Shown piece by piece: positions 15,549-15,906 of a stretch of 15,906 nt of DNA. The stretch is from Candidatus Iainarchaeum sp. (GTDB lineage: Archaea > Iainarchaeota > Iainarchaeia > Iainarchaeales > Iainarchaeaceae). The notes under the pieces were generated by a model that was given only the letters and a program-made list of their open reading frames with translations, was not told the origin of the DNA and did not search any database. The position numbers and the translations under genes were made by a program. Positions within the stretch are counted from its first letter, which is position 1, and every line of letters starts with the position of its first letter. The stretch spans positions 1 to 15,906 of the forward strand of contig JAWANB010000021.1 of assembly GCA_038895675.1 (NCBI GenBank). Direction: 5' to 3'.

Positions 15549-15904
15549 TTTTTTCCCATAGCACTTTTTATTTTTTTTAGCCACTTTAACATTTTTTTTG
15601 TTGCTTTTGCTCTGTGAGATATTTTGTTTTTTTGCTCTAAACTTAGATCAACCAATGCTTTTTTTTGTCCTTTTGGAACAAATATTTTTTCGTAAGGTAA
15701 CCTGTCTTTTTTTATTGAAACAGGTTTTTCTAAAAGCGTTCCTTCTAATTTTCCAGAGAACGTTTTTGATATTTTACCATTGTAATAAACTATTGTTGTT
15801 TTGAAGTAAGCTTTCTTATTTTTTGCTGTTTTTATTAGCGTTATAAGTCCTTTGAAGCCTATGCTTTCAAATATTCTTTTTGCGTGAACTCCTGGGAAAT
15901 TCTT
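15545..15904 (-). CDS. rdgB: Non-canonical purine NTP pyrophosphatase (Ham1/RdgB family), C-terminal 119 aa, start outside the window, absent from the ORF track
   Basis: Hand translation: KNFPGVHAKRIFESIG...KAYFKTTIVYY...FSGKLEGTL...PYEKIFVPKG...LSLEQKNKISHRAKA...*. The FPG and KNxISHR signatures are present. The TAA stop overlaps the mscS stop (15545-15548). Confidence 0.9.
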   Translation of the reverse strand, partial: KNFPGVHAKRIFESIGFKGLITLIKTAKNKKAYFKTTIVYYNGKISKTFSGKLEGTLLEKPVSIKKDRLPYEKIFVPKGQKKALVDLSLEQKNKISHRAKATKKMLKWLKKIKSAMGKN

Positions 15905-15906
15905 GT

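Noticed and set aside
15598..15804. 68-aa plus-strand ORF
   Set aside because: Antisense shadow of the Ham1/RdgB gene.

Overview
AT-rich archaeal DNA, as shown by a group II chaperonin, archaeal-type IleRS, deoxyhypusine synthase, Sec61-beta, TATA boxes and a GGAGGTG ribosome-binding site. It is most likely from a small-genome DPANN lineage (Iainarchaeota/Diapherotrites-like; this assignment is inference only). The left ~3.9 kb holds four exported or membrane-anchored proteins, including an adhesin/fibre-like protein and a Cys-rich Ig-like surface protein. Two of these are strikingly enriched in D-x-N tripeptides. The rest is mostly housekeeping: a geranylgeranyl-reductase-family flavoprotein, tRNA-Val(CAC), a HerA-like ATPase, thermosome, a P-loop kinase, tRNA-Ile(UAU) directly upstream of ileS, dys, Sec61-beta, a membrane-anchored protein, mscS and a partial Ham1/RdgB gene. 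The last gene and Sec61-beta are both missing from the ORF track. The two most interesting signals are the rare UAU-anticodon tRNA-Ile linked to a modified IleRS and the D-x-N enrichment in exported proteins, a candidate non-canonical glycosylation or modification code. No CRISPR array, rRNA or mobile element was seen.
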